From Candidatus Nealsonbacteria bacterium (GTDB lineage Bacteria; Patescibacteriota; Minisyncoccia; Minisyncoccales; PWPS01): a stretch of DNA of 53,708 bases. Below, piece after piece: positions 35,247 to 45,722 of this stretch (within the stretch, counting starts at the first letter, position 1; each line of letters begins with the position of its first letter). The stretch is from contig PWKU01000027.1 in NCBI GenBank assembly GCA_003559635.1, positions 1 through 53,708 on the forward strand, read 5' to 3'. A program made the translations under genes and the position numbers. The notes under the pieces are model-generated. The model did not search any database. It was not told the origin of the DNA and worked only from the letters and a program-made list of their open reading frames with translations.

Positions 35247-36155
35247 TTAGGGGGAGTTTAAGAAGTTTTGTGTGAGTTTTTCGGCCTCCTTACAAGTTTC
35301 TATCCAGTTTATTCTTCTGTCTTTTTTCCACCATTGCATCTGGTTTTTGCTAAGCCTCCGCGTATCCTTAATAATATTTTCGTACATATCGTTGTAATCT
35401 ATTTTGTTTTGTAAATATTGAGCAACCCACTTGTACTCTAATCCAAATTCTTCCAATCTTTTCCAAGAGACTCCTGACTCTCTTAAGCCTTTTACTTCTT
35501 CAATCATCCCTTGATTTAACCGCTTTTTTAAGCGTTTCTCTATTTTGTTATCAAGTCTTTCTCGGTCTATTTTTATACCCAAAAATAGTGGTTGGTAAGG
35601 GGAGTCTTTTTTAATATTTGGAACGGGTTCTTTTGATTTCTCAACAATTTCAATTGCCCTTACAAGGCGCCTTCTGTTTTTTTTATCGATATTTTTCGCT
35701 CTTTCCGGGTCAAGTTTTTTTAATTTTGCGTATAAATTTTCCGTTGTTTCTTTCTCCAACCTTTTTCTCATTTTCCAGTCGGGAGGGACTTCGGGAATAG
35801 TAATTCCGTCAATGAGAGCTTCTATGTAAAAAGCGGTGCCTCCACAAACGACGGGTATTTTCCCTTTTTTTAATATTTTTTTTACCTTTTCCTCGGAGAG
35901 TTTTTTATAACGGACAACGGTAAATTTTCTTTTCGGGTTGGCAACATCAAGAAGATGATGGGGGACTCCTTTCATCTCCTCTTGTGTTATTTTACCCGAA
36001 CCGATATCCATTCCCCCATAAACCTGCCTTGAATCAGCGGAAACTACCTCTCCACCAAGCCTTAGAGAAAGCTTTACCGCTAGGTCGCTTTTCCCCGAGG
36101 CGGTAGGCCCGAGGATAACAATTATTTTCGGTTTATTTTTCCTCGTAGACCCCAT
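35247..36155 (-). CDS. miaA: tRNA dimethylallyltransferase
   Basis: IIVILGPTASGKSDLA P-loop, VVSADSRQVYGGMDIGSGK, GGTAFY. The ATG at 36155 overlaps the miaB 3' end by 34 nt, so the true start may be an internal non-ATG codon. Confidence 0.9.
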   Translation of the reverse strand: MGSTRKNKPKIIVILGPTASGKSDLAVKLSLRLGGEVVSADSRQVYGGMDIGSGKITQEEMKGVPHHLLDVANPKRKFTVVRYKKLSEEKVKKILKKGKIPVVCGGTAFYIEALIDGITIPEVPPDWKMRKRLEKETTENLYAKLKKLDPERAKNIDKKNRRRLVRAIEIVEKSKEPVPNIKKDSPYQPLFLGIKIDRERLDNKIEKRLKKRLNQGMIEEVKGLRESGVSWKRLEEFGLEYKWVAQYLQNKIDYNDMYENIIKDTRRLSKNQMQWWKKDRRINWIETCKEAEKLTQNFLNSP

Positions 36156-37354
36156 GAAGAGCCGTGTGTTATTTTTATATTTTTAAAATCTCCTATAAGA
36201 TCTTTTTTTCCTTCAAAAAGCACATTTTTATATCCTTCTGTTTTTCCAACTAACAGACCATTTTTCTTCTCTCTTAGGATTAATACGCGTAATGTTTTCC
36301 CGACAAGGGACTTATTTTTTTGTAGAACACTTTCTTTCAGGATCTCTTCTATTATCTTCTCTCTTCTCTTTTTTTCTTCGCTCTCTATAGTTTCTTCCAT
36401 TTTGTACGCTGTGGTTTGTGGTCGGGAGGAGTAACGGGCTATATAGGCCATATCAAAGCCTATCTCTCTAAAAAGTTTTACAGTATTGCTGAAATGTTTC
36501 TCCGTTTCTCCGGGGAAGCCGACAATCACATCGGTCGATATTGAAATCTCCGGTATTTCTTTTCTTACTTCTTCAACAATCTCTCTGTATTCTTTTGTTG
36601 TGTACGGGCGGTTCATTTTTTCCAGGACTTTATCATCCCCAGATTGCATGGGTAGATGAAGATATTTGGCAACCTTTTTGTAATTTTTAATGGCGGAGAT
36701 AATATCGCTTGAGAGATCTTTCGGGTGAGACGTGGTAAAGCGTATCCAAAAGTCTCCTCTTATGTTGTTAATTTCTTTCAGAAGAGAAGGGAAATTTATT
36801 CCCCCACTGTATGAGTTAACATTTTGGCCGAGAAGCCATATCTCTTTGTGTCCCAATTTTACCGCAGCCCTTGCCTCTTCTATTATTTCTTTTGAAGGTC
36901 TTGATTTTTCTTTTCCTTTCACGTAAGGAACCACACAATATGAACAAAAATTATCACAGCCGGTGGTAATGGAGAGATAGGCTGTTATGCCGCTCCGTTT
37001 TGGGGGAATTTCGAAAAATGCTCTTTCTTCTTTTTCTTTGAAGTGGGGCAGATTCCAGGATGACGGATCTTGCGGGGGCCAGTAGTAGTCGATAAACGAA
37101 CCCATTCTCTCTTTGTCCTTATCCAAGACACAGCCGGTAAGAATTACCGTTCTATTGGAAGATTTTTTTATGCTCTTAATTTTTGTTTCTATTCTGTCAA
37201 TTGCCGACTGTCTTATGCTACATGAGTTTATTATAATAATTTCAGCATCTTCCTCAGAGGACTCTGTAAAGCCCTTTTCGTCAAAAAAACTAGCGATTCT
37301 CTCGCTGTCATTCTGATTCATTTGACATCCGTATGTAATGATATGGTATTTCAT
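36122..37354 (-). CDS. miaB: Radical-SAM tRNA methylthiotransferase (MiaB family)
   Basis: UPF0004 block YHIITYGCQMNQNDSE, radical-SAM CDNFCSYC, C-terminal TRAM-like region. The start at the MKYHII methionine (37354) lies 3 nt after the upstream stop; the track ORF extends to 37429. Confidence 0.88.
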   Translation of the reverse strand: MKYHIITYGCQMNQNDSERIASFFDEKGFTESSEEDAEIIIINSCSIRQSAIDRIETKIKSIKKSSNRTVILTGCVLDKDKERMGSFIDYYWPPQDPSSWNLPHFKEKEERAFFEIPPKRSGITAYLSITTGCDNFCSYCVVPYVKGKEKSRPSKEIIEEARAAVKLGHKEIWLLGQNVNSYSGGINFPSLLKEINNIRGDFWIRFTTSHPKDLSSDIISAIKNYKKVAKYLHLPMQSGDDKVLEKMNRPYTTKEYREIVEEVRKEIPEISISTDVIVGFPGETEKHFSNTVKLFREIGFDMAYIARYSSRPQTTAYKMEETIESEEKKRREKIIEEILKESVLQKNKSLVGKTLRVLILREKKNGLLVGKTEGYKNVLFEGKKDLIGDFKNIKITHGSSWGLRGKINRK

Positions 37355-37356
37355 GG

Positions 37357-38790
37357 CTAATATATGCTTTCTTTTTTTCTTTTTAATTCTAAAACTAAAT
37401 TTTTGCGGACTGACGCAAGAATTGTACAAGGAGAGCTCAAAAAAGCAAGGGCATTACTAAACTTTTTGTTTTCCTCGGTTCTGTTATAAATTATTCTGCT
37501 AATTTTTGTTAGCGGAAAGGATAAAATATCCGCTATTAATATTGGAAAATTTTCCCTTATTTCGATGATATAAAGTTCTCTCATATTTTCATTTATTCTT
37601 ACCGCCAAAAAGGAGACAAGGGAGAAAAGAGCAACAAAGGCCAGGGAAGCGGAAAAGGATAAGCCGATAAAATTGTTGATTACCCAAAAAAGAAAAGAAA
37701 CAACTACAAGAAAAAAAGTAGCATAAAAGAAGTTTACAAGAAAGTGGGCAATTGCTCTTCTTTTTACCAGTGGTTTAATAAGATAAGGAGATTCTTTTTC
37801 CTTCTTATACAACAATTTAATTATTTCCAACACTGTTCTTTTTTCGTTCTTTCTCGGGGGAGGGGGAGCAGCGAAAACAAGAAGGGCGGTTAGAGTGGCC
37901 GGGAAAAGGGCGAGAAAAATATTGAAAGGGAAAGCAGGGTTTATCAGAGGGGTGAGAAAAAAACCGGTAAGGATAACAAATATTGTGTAAACGGCTATTC
38001 GACGATATTGTTTTACCAAAAATCTGTCGACTCTTTCTTTATAAAATTCACGAATAACCTTTTCCGTTTTTTCTATATCAAAAATTATTTTAACGTCGCT
38101 TTTCTTTTTTATTAGAATGTCATTAATAACAAAATAGGCGGTTTTACGGGTGCTTAAAAAAGAACAGAGTTTTTTGAAAGGAGGAGAGTTTAGGCCATTA
38201 ATGTTTTTCTTCTCCTTGTTTATTTTTTTAGTTAGGTAATAAAAGATAAAAGTATCGTCCAATTCAAAAATAGTTCTCAAGATTGCGGCGTAAAGAAGAA
38301 TGTTTTTTTCCTCCTCGGTGGCGTCTCCTTCAATTTTTATTCTTCTTTTGAGAGAATTAAAAGCGTAAGAGATTAAAATTTCCCTTTTTCCTAGAGGGGA
38401 CAAAATATTTTCTATTTCACAGGCGGTTATTAGGGTATTGTATCTGTTTGGCGGTGATTCTCGTTTATCCAATATCTTTTGCACCTCATCAATGGCTGAT
38501 TTCTTTATTGTTTTGTTTTCGAGTATCCCGGAGGTAATAAGTTCTTTTATAATAGCCCTAGCAGAGTCTTTCGCGGCCTTTTTCCTTAGAAGTTTCTCAA
38601 TGGCGGTTCTTCTCAAAAAATGGTTATTTTGCCAGTTGTTTTTCTTTATGACTTCTCGGAAGAAGGAGGTTTTTAAAAGAGAAATCTTCTCAACCTCAAC
38701 AGAGCCTTCTTTTTTTTCCGAAAGAAGATCTTTTTCAAAACGGGTAAGTTCCTTGATTAGTTTTTGGGTTAAAGGTGATGGCTCGCTCAT
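37357..38790 (-). CDS. Hypothetical polytopic membrane protein
   Basis: 477 aa: roughly 250-aa basic soluble N-terminal part, then about 4 TM segments (VYTIFVILTGFFLTPLI, IFLALFPATLTALLVFAA, FLVNFFYATFFLVVVSFLFWVI, LAFVALFSLVSFLAV). Translationally packed between dnaE and miaB. No motif recognised. Confidence 0.6.
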   Translation of the reverse strand: MSEPSPLTQKLIKELTRFEKDLLSEKKEGSVEVEKISLLKTSFFREVIKKNNWQNNHFLRRTAIEKLLRKKAAKDSARAIIKELITSGILENKTIKKSAIDEVQKILDKRESPPNRYNTLITACEIENILSPLGKREILISYAFNSLKRRIKIEGDATEEEKNILLYAAILRTIFELDDTFIFYYLTKKINKEKKNINGLNSPPFKKLCSFLSTRKTAYFVINDILIKKKSDVKIIFDIEKTEKVIREFYKERVDRFLVKQYRRIAVYTIFVILTGFFLTPLINPAFPFNIFLALFPATLTALLVFAAPPPPRKNEKRTVLEIIKLLYKKEKESPYLIKPLVKRRAIAHFLVNFFYATFFLVVVSFLFWVINNFIGLSFSASLAFVALFSLVSFLAVRINENMRELYIIEIRENFPILIADILSFPLTKISRIIYNRTEENKKFSNALAFLSSPCTILASVRKNLVLELKRKKESIY

Positions 38791-38861
38791 TTTTTCGATT
38801 GATATATTTTTCGTTATTATACCATAAAAAAAGAATATTTTTGTATGGCTTGTTTTGCGGG

Positions 38862-41800
38862 TTATTTTATCTCTTCCACTTGTTCACAGATGATTTTTGG
38901 AGCTTCGTCGCGATGGCTTATTTTTCCGGAGATAAAAAGAGATTTCCCCTCCTCAAAATGAGAGCCGTTCTTTTTTAGAGCTCGAGGAAATACAATTACT
39001 TCGATATTGTCCGTCAAATCTTCTACCCGGACAAAATACATCGGTTCTCCGGATTTGGTTATTATTTTTTTTACACTCGAAACAATAACTCCCACTCGTA
39101 TTCGCGTGTCGGATATTTGTTTTTTTGCTTTTTCAATAGGAATGCTGCCGTTCTTTGTTTCCTCTTGTAGATATTGAAGAGGGTGCCCGGTAATAAAAAG
39201 ACCCAGTAGCTTTTTTTCCCACTCCAGCTTTTCCTTTTCACTGAGAGGGCGAGCTTCTTCAAGCAGGAGGTCTTGTTTCATTATATCTGCTCCGAAAAGA
39301 CCGGCTTGTCCGTTATTCTTGTTCTTTTTCCTTTCTCTACTATATTCCAGTATTTTTTCTATATTGTAAAGAAGCTCTCCTCTTTCCTTGAATTTATCAA
39401 ATGCTCCGGACAAGATAAGGCTTTCAATTGATTTTTTGTTTAGGCTTTGAGAATCAACTCTGGTAAGAAAATCATCAAGTGAGATAAAAGGACCGTTTTC
39501 TTTTCTTTCGTTTACGATATCTTCAACAATTTTTAGGCCTACATTTTTTATTGCAGAGAGGCCGAATCTAATCTGGGGTTTTTCCGGAACGACACTGAAG
39601 CCCATAAAGCTTTCATTAATGTCGGGGGGAAGAACCTCAAGGTTCATCTTCTTACAATCATTAATCAGGAAGCCAATTCTTTCTATGTCATTTTGGTCGG
39701 CGGTAAGAAGTGAAGCCATGAATTCTTTAGGATAGTGTGCTTTTAAATATGCGGTTTGATAAGCAATCTGTGCATAGGCTGCCGCATGGCTTTTGTTGAA
39801 GGAGTATTGTGCGAAAGGTTCTATCCAACTCCAAAGCTTTTCGCCGATTTCCCTGTCAATGTTATTTGTCTCAATGCCGGATATAAATTTTTCCTTCTGT
39901 CCCTTCAGAAGCTTTTCTATCTTTTTCCCAATAGCCTTTCTTAAGGTATCTGCTTCTTCCAATGTAAAGCCGGCCAAATCTCCGGCGATTTTCATCACCT
40001 GTTCCTGGTAGACGCAAACCCCATAAGTAGGCTTTAATATGGGCTCTAAGAGGGGATGCATGTAGGTTATTTCTTGTTTTCCGTGCTTTCTTTTTATGTA
40101 GTCCGGGATAAATTTCATCGGACCGGGCCTGTAAAGAGAAACCATAGCGATAACCTCCTCGATGTCCGTCGGACTTAGTTGTTTTAGATATCTTTGCATA
40201 CCCCCACTTTCAAGCTGAAATACTCCGACAGTTCTTCCTTCTTGAAGGAGCTTAAATGTTTTTTCATCGTTAAGGGGGATGGTTTCAATATCAATATTTT
40301 TTCCGTGAACTTTATATATTCTCTTTAATGTGTCTTCGATGATGGTTAAGTTTTTCAGCCCCAAAAGGTCCATCTTTAGAAGCCCTAAATCTTCAATATA
40401 ATTCATTGCGTACTGGGTTACTGTTCCGGTTTCACTCTGTGTGGGGTGTTGAAGGGGAACGATAGTTGAGAGGGGCTTGTCGGAAATAACCACTCCACAG
40501 GCGTGCGTTGAAGCATGTCTTACCACTCCCTCCAGTTTTTCCGCATGAATAATGAGGCGCCTCGCGTCTTTGTCAACATCGTAAAGTTGTCTAAATTCGG
40601 CAACATTTTCTCTTGTTTCTTTTAAATTCATTCCGAAGGGGATCATTTTTGCGACTTTGTCACAATAGTTATAAGAGTAGCCAAGAGCTCTTCCCACATC
40701 TCTTATTGCCGCACGTGCCGCCATGGTTCCGAAAGTGATTATTTGAGCAACCTTGTCCTTTCCATAGCGATCTGCAATATAGGCGATTACCTCGTCTCTC
40801 CTTCTGTCCGCGAAGTCCAAATCGATATCGGGGAGGGATACTTTTGCTCTTCCGGGGTTAAGAAATCTTTCAAAAATTAGACCGTAATGAAGGGGATCGA
40901 TATTAGTAATACCCAGCAGATAAGCTATAATCGACCCGCCGGCGCTGCCTCTTCCCGGGCCAACAACGATTTTGTTTTCTTTGGCCCAGTTTACGAAATC
41001 TTGGACGATAAGAAAGTAAGAGGAAAGTTTTGCATCAGTAATTACTTTCATCTCTCTTTCCAATCTTTCTTTCACTTTGTCTTTTGATTCTTGCGGATAC
41101 CTTTTTTCAATTCCCGCCTCACAAAGTCTTTTTAGCTCTTCATCCGCCGTTAATCCTTCTTTAAGAGGAAAGCGGGGGAGTATTATTTCTCCCAAGGAAA
41201 TTTCCGAGTTGCACATTGTTTTAATCTTTTCAGTGTTTTCAATTGCTTCAGGAGTATCTTTAAAGATTTCTTTCATTTCTTCCGGAGGCCGCATTGAAAA
41301 ATCATCGTCGGTCATTGTAAGGCGGTTGGGGTTATTAACATCTGTCCCGGTACCTATAGCCATTAAAATATCTTGAGTTTCGCTGTCTTCTTTTTTTAGA
41401 TAATGGGAATCACAAGTGGCGACAAGAGGAATAGATGTCTCTTTTGATATTTTTATAAGTTCTTGATTGACGAGTTGTTGGTCCTTGATATTCGGATGGT
41501 GTTGAATTTCCAAGTAAAAACTGTCTTTCTCGAAAAGATCCTTATAATAGAGGGCTAGCTTTTTAGCTTCCTCTTTTTTGTTAGCGATTATGAGTCTTGG
41601 AATCTTTCCTTGAATACAGGCGGTAAGAGCAATAAGACCCTCTGTATGTTCTTTTAGCGTTTCCTCATCAATTCGCGGCTTGTAATAAAAACCGTCAAGT
41701 TGAGACTTAGTCACCAACTGGACCAAGTTCTGATAACCTTTTTTATTTTTGGCGAGGAGAACCAGATGGTAAGACTTGTTGTCGACATTCGGCTGTTTAT

Positions 41801-42026
41801 CGGTCATCTTGTTTAGTGCCATATAAACTTCCGCCCCTATAATTGGTTTTATTCCGGCGTCTTTCGCTTTTTTGTAAAACTCAATGGCACCGTAAAGTGC
41901 ACCGTGGTCGGTAATTGCAACGGAATCCATTCCGTTTTTCTTTATATGGTCGAGAAGTTCATCCATCTTTGGCAAGCCGTCCAGCAAGCTATATTCGGTA
42001 TGAACGTGTAAGTGTGTAAAAGGCAT
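38862..42026 (-). CDS. dnaE: DNA polymerase III subunit alpha
   Basis: PHP domain FTHLHVHTEYSLLDG, ITDHGALYG, polymerase core GPGRGSAGGSIIAYLLGIT and PDIDLDF, OB fold near the C-terminus. Confidence 0.95.
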   Translation of the reverse strand: MPFTHLHVHTEYSLLDGLPKMDELLDHIKKNGMDSVAITDHGALYGAIEFYKKAKDAGIKPIIGAEVYMALNKMTDKQPNVDNKSYHLVLLAKNKKGYQNLVQLVTKSQLDGFYYKPRIDEETLKEHTEGLIALTACIQGKIPRLIIANKKEEAKKLALYYKDLFEKDSFYLEIQHHPNIKDQQLVNQELIKISKETSIPLVATCDSHYLKKEDSETQDILMAIGTGTDVNNPNRLTMTDDDFSMRPPEEMKEIFKDTPEAIENTEKIKTMCNSEISLGEIILPRFPLKEGLTADEELKRLCEAGIEKRYPQESKDKVKERLEREMKVITDAKLSSYFLIVQDFVNWAKENKIVVGPGRGSAGGSIIAYLLGITNIDPLHYGLIFERFLNPGRAKVSLPDIDLDFADRRRDEVIAYIADRYGKDKVAQIITFGTMAARAAIRDVGRALGYSYNYCDKVAKMIPFGMNLKETRENVAEFRQLYDVDKDARRLIIHAEKLEGVVRHASTHACGVVISDKPLSTIVPLQHPTQSETGTVTQYAMNYIEDLGLLKMDLLGLKNLTIIEDTLKRIYKVHGKNIDIETIPLNDEKTFKLLQEGRTVGVFQLESGGMQRYLKQLSPTDIEEVIAMVSLYRPGPMKFIPDYIKRKHGKQEITYMHPLLEPILKPTYGVCVYQEQVMKIAGDLAGFTLEEADTLRKAIGKKIEKLLKGQKEKFISGIETNNIDREIGEKLWSWIEPFAQYSFNKSHAAAYAQIAYQTAYLKAHYPKEFMASLLTADQNDIERIGFLINDCKKMNLEVLPPDINESFMGFSVVPEKPQIRFGLSAIKNVGLKIVEDIVNERKENGPFISLDDFLTRVDSQSLNKKSIESLILSGAFDKFKERGELLYNIEKILEYSRERKKNKNNGQAGLFGADIMKQDLLLEEARPLSEKEKLEWEKKLLGLFITGHPLQYLQEETKNGSIPIEKAKKQISDTRIRVGVIVSSVKKIITKSGEPMYFVRVEDLTDNIEVIVFPRALKKNGSHFEEGKSLFISGKISHRDEAPKIICEQVEEIK

Positions 42027-42173
42027 GTTTTGCTGTTTCCTAATTTAAAATTTCTAATTTTGAAGCCTTTTTAAACAGTAAACTTTAGATGTCTAACATT
42101 ATGTAAGACAGAACATTTAGTTTTATTAATAACCGCCACGGTTATATTGTCTAATAAGGTAAAAGCTTTAATA

Positions 42174-42182
42174 TGCTATAAT
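42174..42182 (+). promoter_or_regulatory. Extended -10 promoter element upstream of rnhB
   Basis: TG-c-TATAAT (42174-42182), 20 nt before the ATG at 42203. The -35 region is poor. Confidence 0.4.
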
Positions 42183-42202
42183 CTTATATTATTCTAGAAG
42201 AT

Positions 42203-42796
42203 ATGGCAAAAAAGATAAAATTAAGATTAATTGGTTTAGACGAAGTTGGCAGAGGTCCTCTTGCCGGACCGGTTGTTGCCGTAGCACTGAAAGTAACAAA
42301 TTATAAGAAAATCCAAAATTCAAAATTCAGAATAAAGAATTACTCTTCTCTTGACTCAAAAAAACTTTCTCCGAGAAAAAGAGAAGAGATTTACGAAATT
42401 ATAACAAAATCTCCTTTTGTGGAATACGGAGTCGGTGTGGTTTCGGAAAAAATAATTGACAAAGTGAACATACTGGAAGCTACAAAGCTTGCCATGAAAA
42501 AGGCGACGGAAAGAATAGACTGCACTAACGCGCGCCTGATTATTGACGGGAATTTTACCATAGATAGCCAGTGCGTCCAAAAAGCGGTAAAAAGAGCCGA
42601 TGAAACAGTTTTGGAGTGTTCACTGGCCTCTATTATCGCCAAAGTGGAGAGAGATGGGATGATGGTGGATTATCACAAAAAATATCCGTATTATGAGTTT
42701 GATAAACATAAAGGATACGGTACAAAAAAGCACCGCGAAATGATAAAAAAATATGGGTGTTGTCCCATTCACCGTAAATCATTCAAACTTCTTTAA
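42203..42796 (+). CDS. rnhB: Ribonuclease HII
   Basis: GLDEVGRGPLAGPVV, DSKKLS, ASIIAKV, GYG. Confidence 0.93.
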   Translation: MAKKIKLRLIGLDEVGRGPLAGPVVAVALKVTNYKKIQNSKFRIKNYSSLDSKKLSPRKREEIYEIITKSPFVEYGVGVVSEKIIDKVNILEATKLAMKKATERIDCTNARLIIDGNFTIDSQCVQKAVKRADETVLECSLASIIAKVERDGMMVDYHKKYPYYEFDKHKGYGTKKHREMIKKYGCCPIHRKSFKLL

Positions 42797-42823
42797 AGAA
42801 TCTTTTTAGTTAGGAAACAATAG

Positions 42824-42930
42824 CCCTTGACAAAAAACAGCCCAAAAAACCCACTTTCCCCCTTAAAAACAAAGCATTGCAGGGTCAGACCCTGCAACGC
42901 CATTTTGTGATGCAGGGGTTTGGTTTTCGG
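42824..42930 (+). repeat. Intergenic repeat family B, full-length copy (core palindrome 42874-42900, one A/C mismatch)
   Basis: cccttgacaaaaaacagcccaaaaaacccactttcccccttaaaaacaaagcattgcagggtcagaccctgcaacgcc...ggggtttgg is collinear with 23394-23490. Confidence 0.85.
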
Positions 42931-42951
42931 CTATGTGTGGAAAAATGTTTT

Positions 42952-42979
42952 TTGACTTTTTCTGAGTCTTTGTTATAAT
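42952..42979 (+). promoter_or_regulatory. Strong sigma70-like promoter of the V-ATPase operon
   Basis: TTGACT (42952-42957), 16-nt spacer ending in TG-t, TATAAT (42974-42979). Leaves a 54-nt leader to the ATG at 43034. Confidence 0.6.
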
Positions 42980-43033
42980 CTGCATCAGTGGAGAAAAGGC
43001 CCTTCAAAGAGGGGGTTTTTAATTGCATCAACT

Positions 43034-43339
43034 ATGGAAAACAATACAATAAATATTATTAAAAAAAAGGAAGGAGAAGCTGAGGCTTCTGTTTTCAAAA
43101 TCAAAGAGGAACTGGATAAAGAAAAAGCTCTGAAAATCAAGGAGCTCGAAGAGGAAGAGAACAAAGTGGATGAAGACTACAAAAAAAGAAGAGGCGAGCT
43201 TAAAAAAGAACTTCAGAAGGATTTTGACGAAATAGGGGAGAGGCTTCAAAAAAAGCACAACGAAAAAGAAGAAAATATTAAAAAGGGGGCAAAGGCGAAT
43301 CTGGAAAATTTTAAAAAGGAAGTTTTGAAAAGAACATGA
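43034..43339 (+). CDS. V/A-type ATPase small peripheral-stalk subunit (G-type; position of Thermus AtpG / Enterococcus NtpF)
   Basis: 101-aa K/E-rich predicted coiled coil. First gene of the operon; its stop overlaps the subunit I start (ATGA). Confidence 0.5.
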   Translation: MENNTINIIKKKEGEAEASVFKIKEELDKEKALKIKELEEEENKVDEDYKKRRGELKKELQKDFDEIGERLQKKHNEKEENIKKGAKANLENFKKEVLKRT

Positions 43340-45234
43340 ACCTGCCGGTTAGAAAAATAGAGTTAATTATCCCAAAAGAAAATACCCTGAACATTCTCGA
43401 CAAGCTGCAGGCTGAAGAGTGTTTAGAGGTCATATCGGAAAGTAGTGTGGAAGATTTTGAGATAGTGCCGAAAGAGGACTATAAATTACGTCTTAGCGAG
43501 GCAAATTTTGCGCTTACTTTTCTTGAGAATTTTAGATCTCAAGAAAATTTTATAAAAAACTTAATTTTTAGTTTTGTTCCAACAAAAGAAACATTGAAGG
43601 AAGAAGAGATGGTGGAAATTGCGCAGTCAGCGAAGATTAAAGAAGTCGTTTCGAGCTGTGCTTCTATTGAAGAGGTTATAAACAAATTGCAATTAAAGAA
43701 GGAAAATCTCTTGGAAGAAAGGGATGTGTTAGAAAAGTTTTCCAATACATCCGTTTTTTTTAGGAGCGATTTACAAAACGTGGAATATTTTGCCGGAACG
43801 GTTGAAAAAAAAGATAAAGAATCCTTTATTTGTGAAATATCAAAGAAAGAGGAACTTTACATTGAAGAAGGAAAGGAAGACACCTTCTTTTTTAATTTTG
43901 TATTATATTATCCGAAAAAGGATAGTGATTATTATCTGAGCGTCTTAAAAAAGTATAGCGCAAAAAAAGAAAGTGTTTTTTGGGAAGAACAGCCCTTAAA
44001 GGCGTTGGAAAGAAGAGAAAAAGAACTTGGGGATGTTGATATTGAATTGGATATTCAAAGTAAGGAAGCTCAAAAACTACTTTTTTTCATTCCAAAATTG
44101 CAAGCGCTTTCTGACTGGTTTTCTTTTGAGATAGAAAAGAAAGAGTTTTTGAAAAAAATAAGAGAGACGAAAAGGTATATTGTAATTAAAGCGTGGGCCG
44201 TAAAAGAGACCGTTGTAAAAATAAAAGAGTTGGTCGGAAAAGAAACACCATACTTTCTAATTAAAGAACTTCCCACAGAAGAGGGTGATAATCCACCGGT
44301 GGTTCTTAGAAACAAAGGGGCTTTTGAAAGCTTTGGGATTGTTACGGGAGTTTACGGTTTACCCAAAAAGGATGAGATTGATCCAACTCCTTACCTTGCG
44401 CCTTTCTTTATTTTCTATTTTGCCTTAGCTCTTTCCGATTCTGGGTATGGTTTTCTTTTAGTAGCTCTCGCATTTTTGGCAAAGAAAATATTCAAAAAGG
44501 CGAATGCCGACAGGTTTTTTAATCTTTTTATTTTCTGCGGAATATTGACAACAGTGCTTGGATTCTTTGTGGGAACTATTTTTGGCAGGGTGTTTGAGTT
44601 TCTGAAAATCGCCGACCCGTTGGCCAATCCCATTGAGGCGCTTCTTTTTGTTTTAGCTTTGGGAGTGATTCAGATATTTGCAGGTTTGATTATTGGAGCG
44701 GTTTGGCTTATCAGGAGAGGAGAAGTTAAGGAGGCAATTTCCGGAAACGGAGCGTCTATCGCTTTCTTTATAGGAGTAATTTTGTTTCTTATAACCGACA
44801 ATACAAACTTTATTATATCAGGGGTGGCTTTGATGGTTGCTTTGGCCTTTATTTATTCAACAGGAGAAGGAATTTTCCAAAAAGTCGGAAAAGCTTTGGG
44901 TTCGCTTTACGGAATAATAGGTTATGTAGGAGATATTCTTTCTTATTCAAGGATATTGGCGCTAGGGCTTGCGACGGGAATTATCGCTATGGTTATTAAC
45001 ATGATTGCTTTGATTTTTATGGAGATGATACCAATTCCCGGGGTTGATTTAATGGTTGCAGGAATTATTCTTGTCGTGGGCCATATCGGTAATTTGTTGA
45101 TTAACGCGCTGGGAGCGTTTATTCATTCTGCGAGGTTGCAGTTTGTAGAATTTTTTTCAAGGTTCATGGAAGGAGGCGGCAGGTATTTTCAGCCACTTGG
45201 AAAAAATGGTCGTTATATAAAAATTATTAATTAA
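43336..45234 (+). CDS. ntpI: V/A-type ATPase subunit I (a-subunit)
   Basis: 632 aa: roughly 330-aa soluble N-terminal half, then a polytopic C-terminal half with the conserved stator arginine block DILSYSRILALGLATG. Confidence 0.9.
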   Translation: MNLPVRKIELIIPKENTLNILDKLQAEECLEVISESSVEDFEIVPKEDYKLRLSEANFALTFLENFRSQENFIKNLIFSFVPTKETLKEEEMVEIAQSAKIKEVVSSCASIEEVINKLQLKKENLLEERDVLEKFSNTSVFFRSDLQNVEYFAGTVEKKDKESFICEISKKEELYIEEGKEDTFFFNFVLYYPKKDSDYYLSVLKKYSAKKESVFWEEQPLKALERREKELGDVDIELDIQSKEAQKLLFFIPKLQALSDWFSFEIEKKEFLKKIRETKRYIVIKAWAVKETVVKIKELVGKETPYFLIKELPTEEGDNPPVVLRNKGAFESFGIVTGVYGLPKKDEIDPTPYLAPFFIFYFALALSDSGYGFLLVALAFLAKKIFKKANADRFFNLFIFCGILTTVLGFFVGTIFGRVFEFLKIADPLANPIEALLFVLALGVIQIFAGLIIGAVWLIRRGEVKEAISGNGASIAFFIGVILFLITDNTNFIISGVALMVALAFIYSTGEGIFQKVGKALGSLYGIIGYVGDILSYSRILALGLATGIIAMVINMIALIFMEMIPIPGVDLMVAGIILVVGHIGNLLINALGAFIHSARLQFVEFFSRFMEGGGRYFQPLGKNGRYIKIIN

Positions 45235-45237
45235 TAA

Positions 45238-45720
<483 letters not shown>

Positions 45721-45722
45721 AA

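Noticed and set aside
35247-42026. Minus-strand block (miaA-miaB-hypothetical-dnaE) as an inversion mediated by the repeat families
   Set aside because: A REP-A copy lies at the left border, but no matching inverted copy lies at the right border; rnhB separates dnaE from the family B copy. There is no direct support for the inversion.
42027-42202. Divergent AT-rich dnaE/rnhB spacer at a strand switch as a possible oriC
   Set aside because: I could find no TTATCCACA-like DnaA boxes on either strand, and no dnaA or dnaN lies nearby. It is better explained as two divergent promoters.
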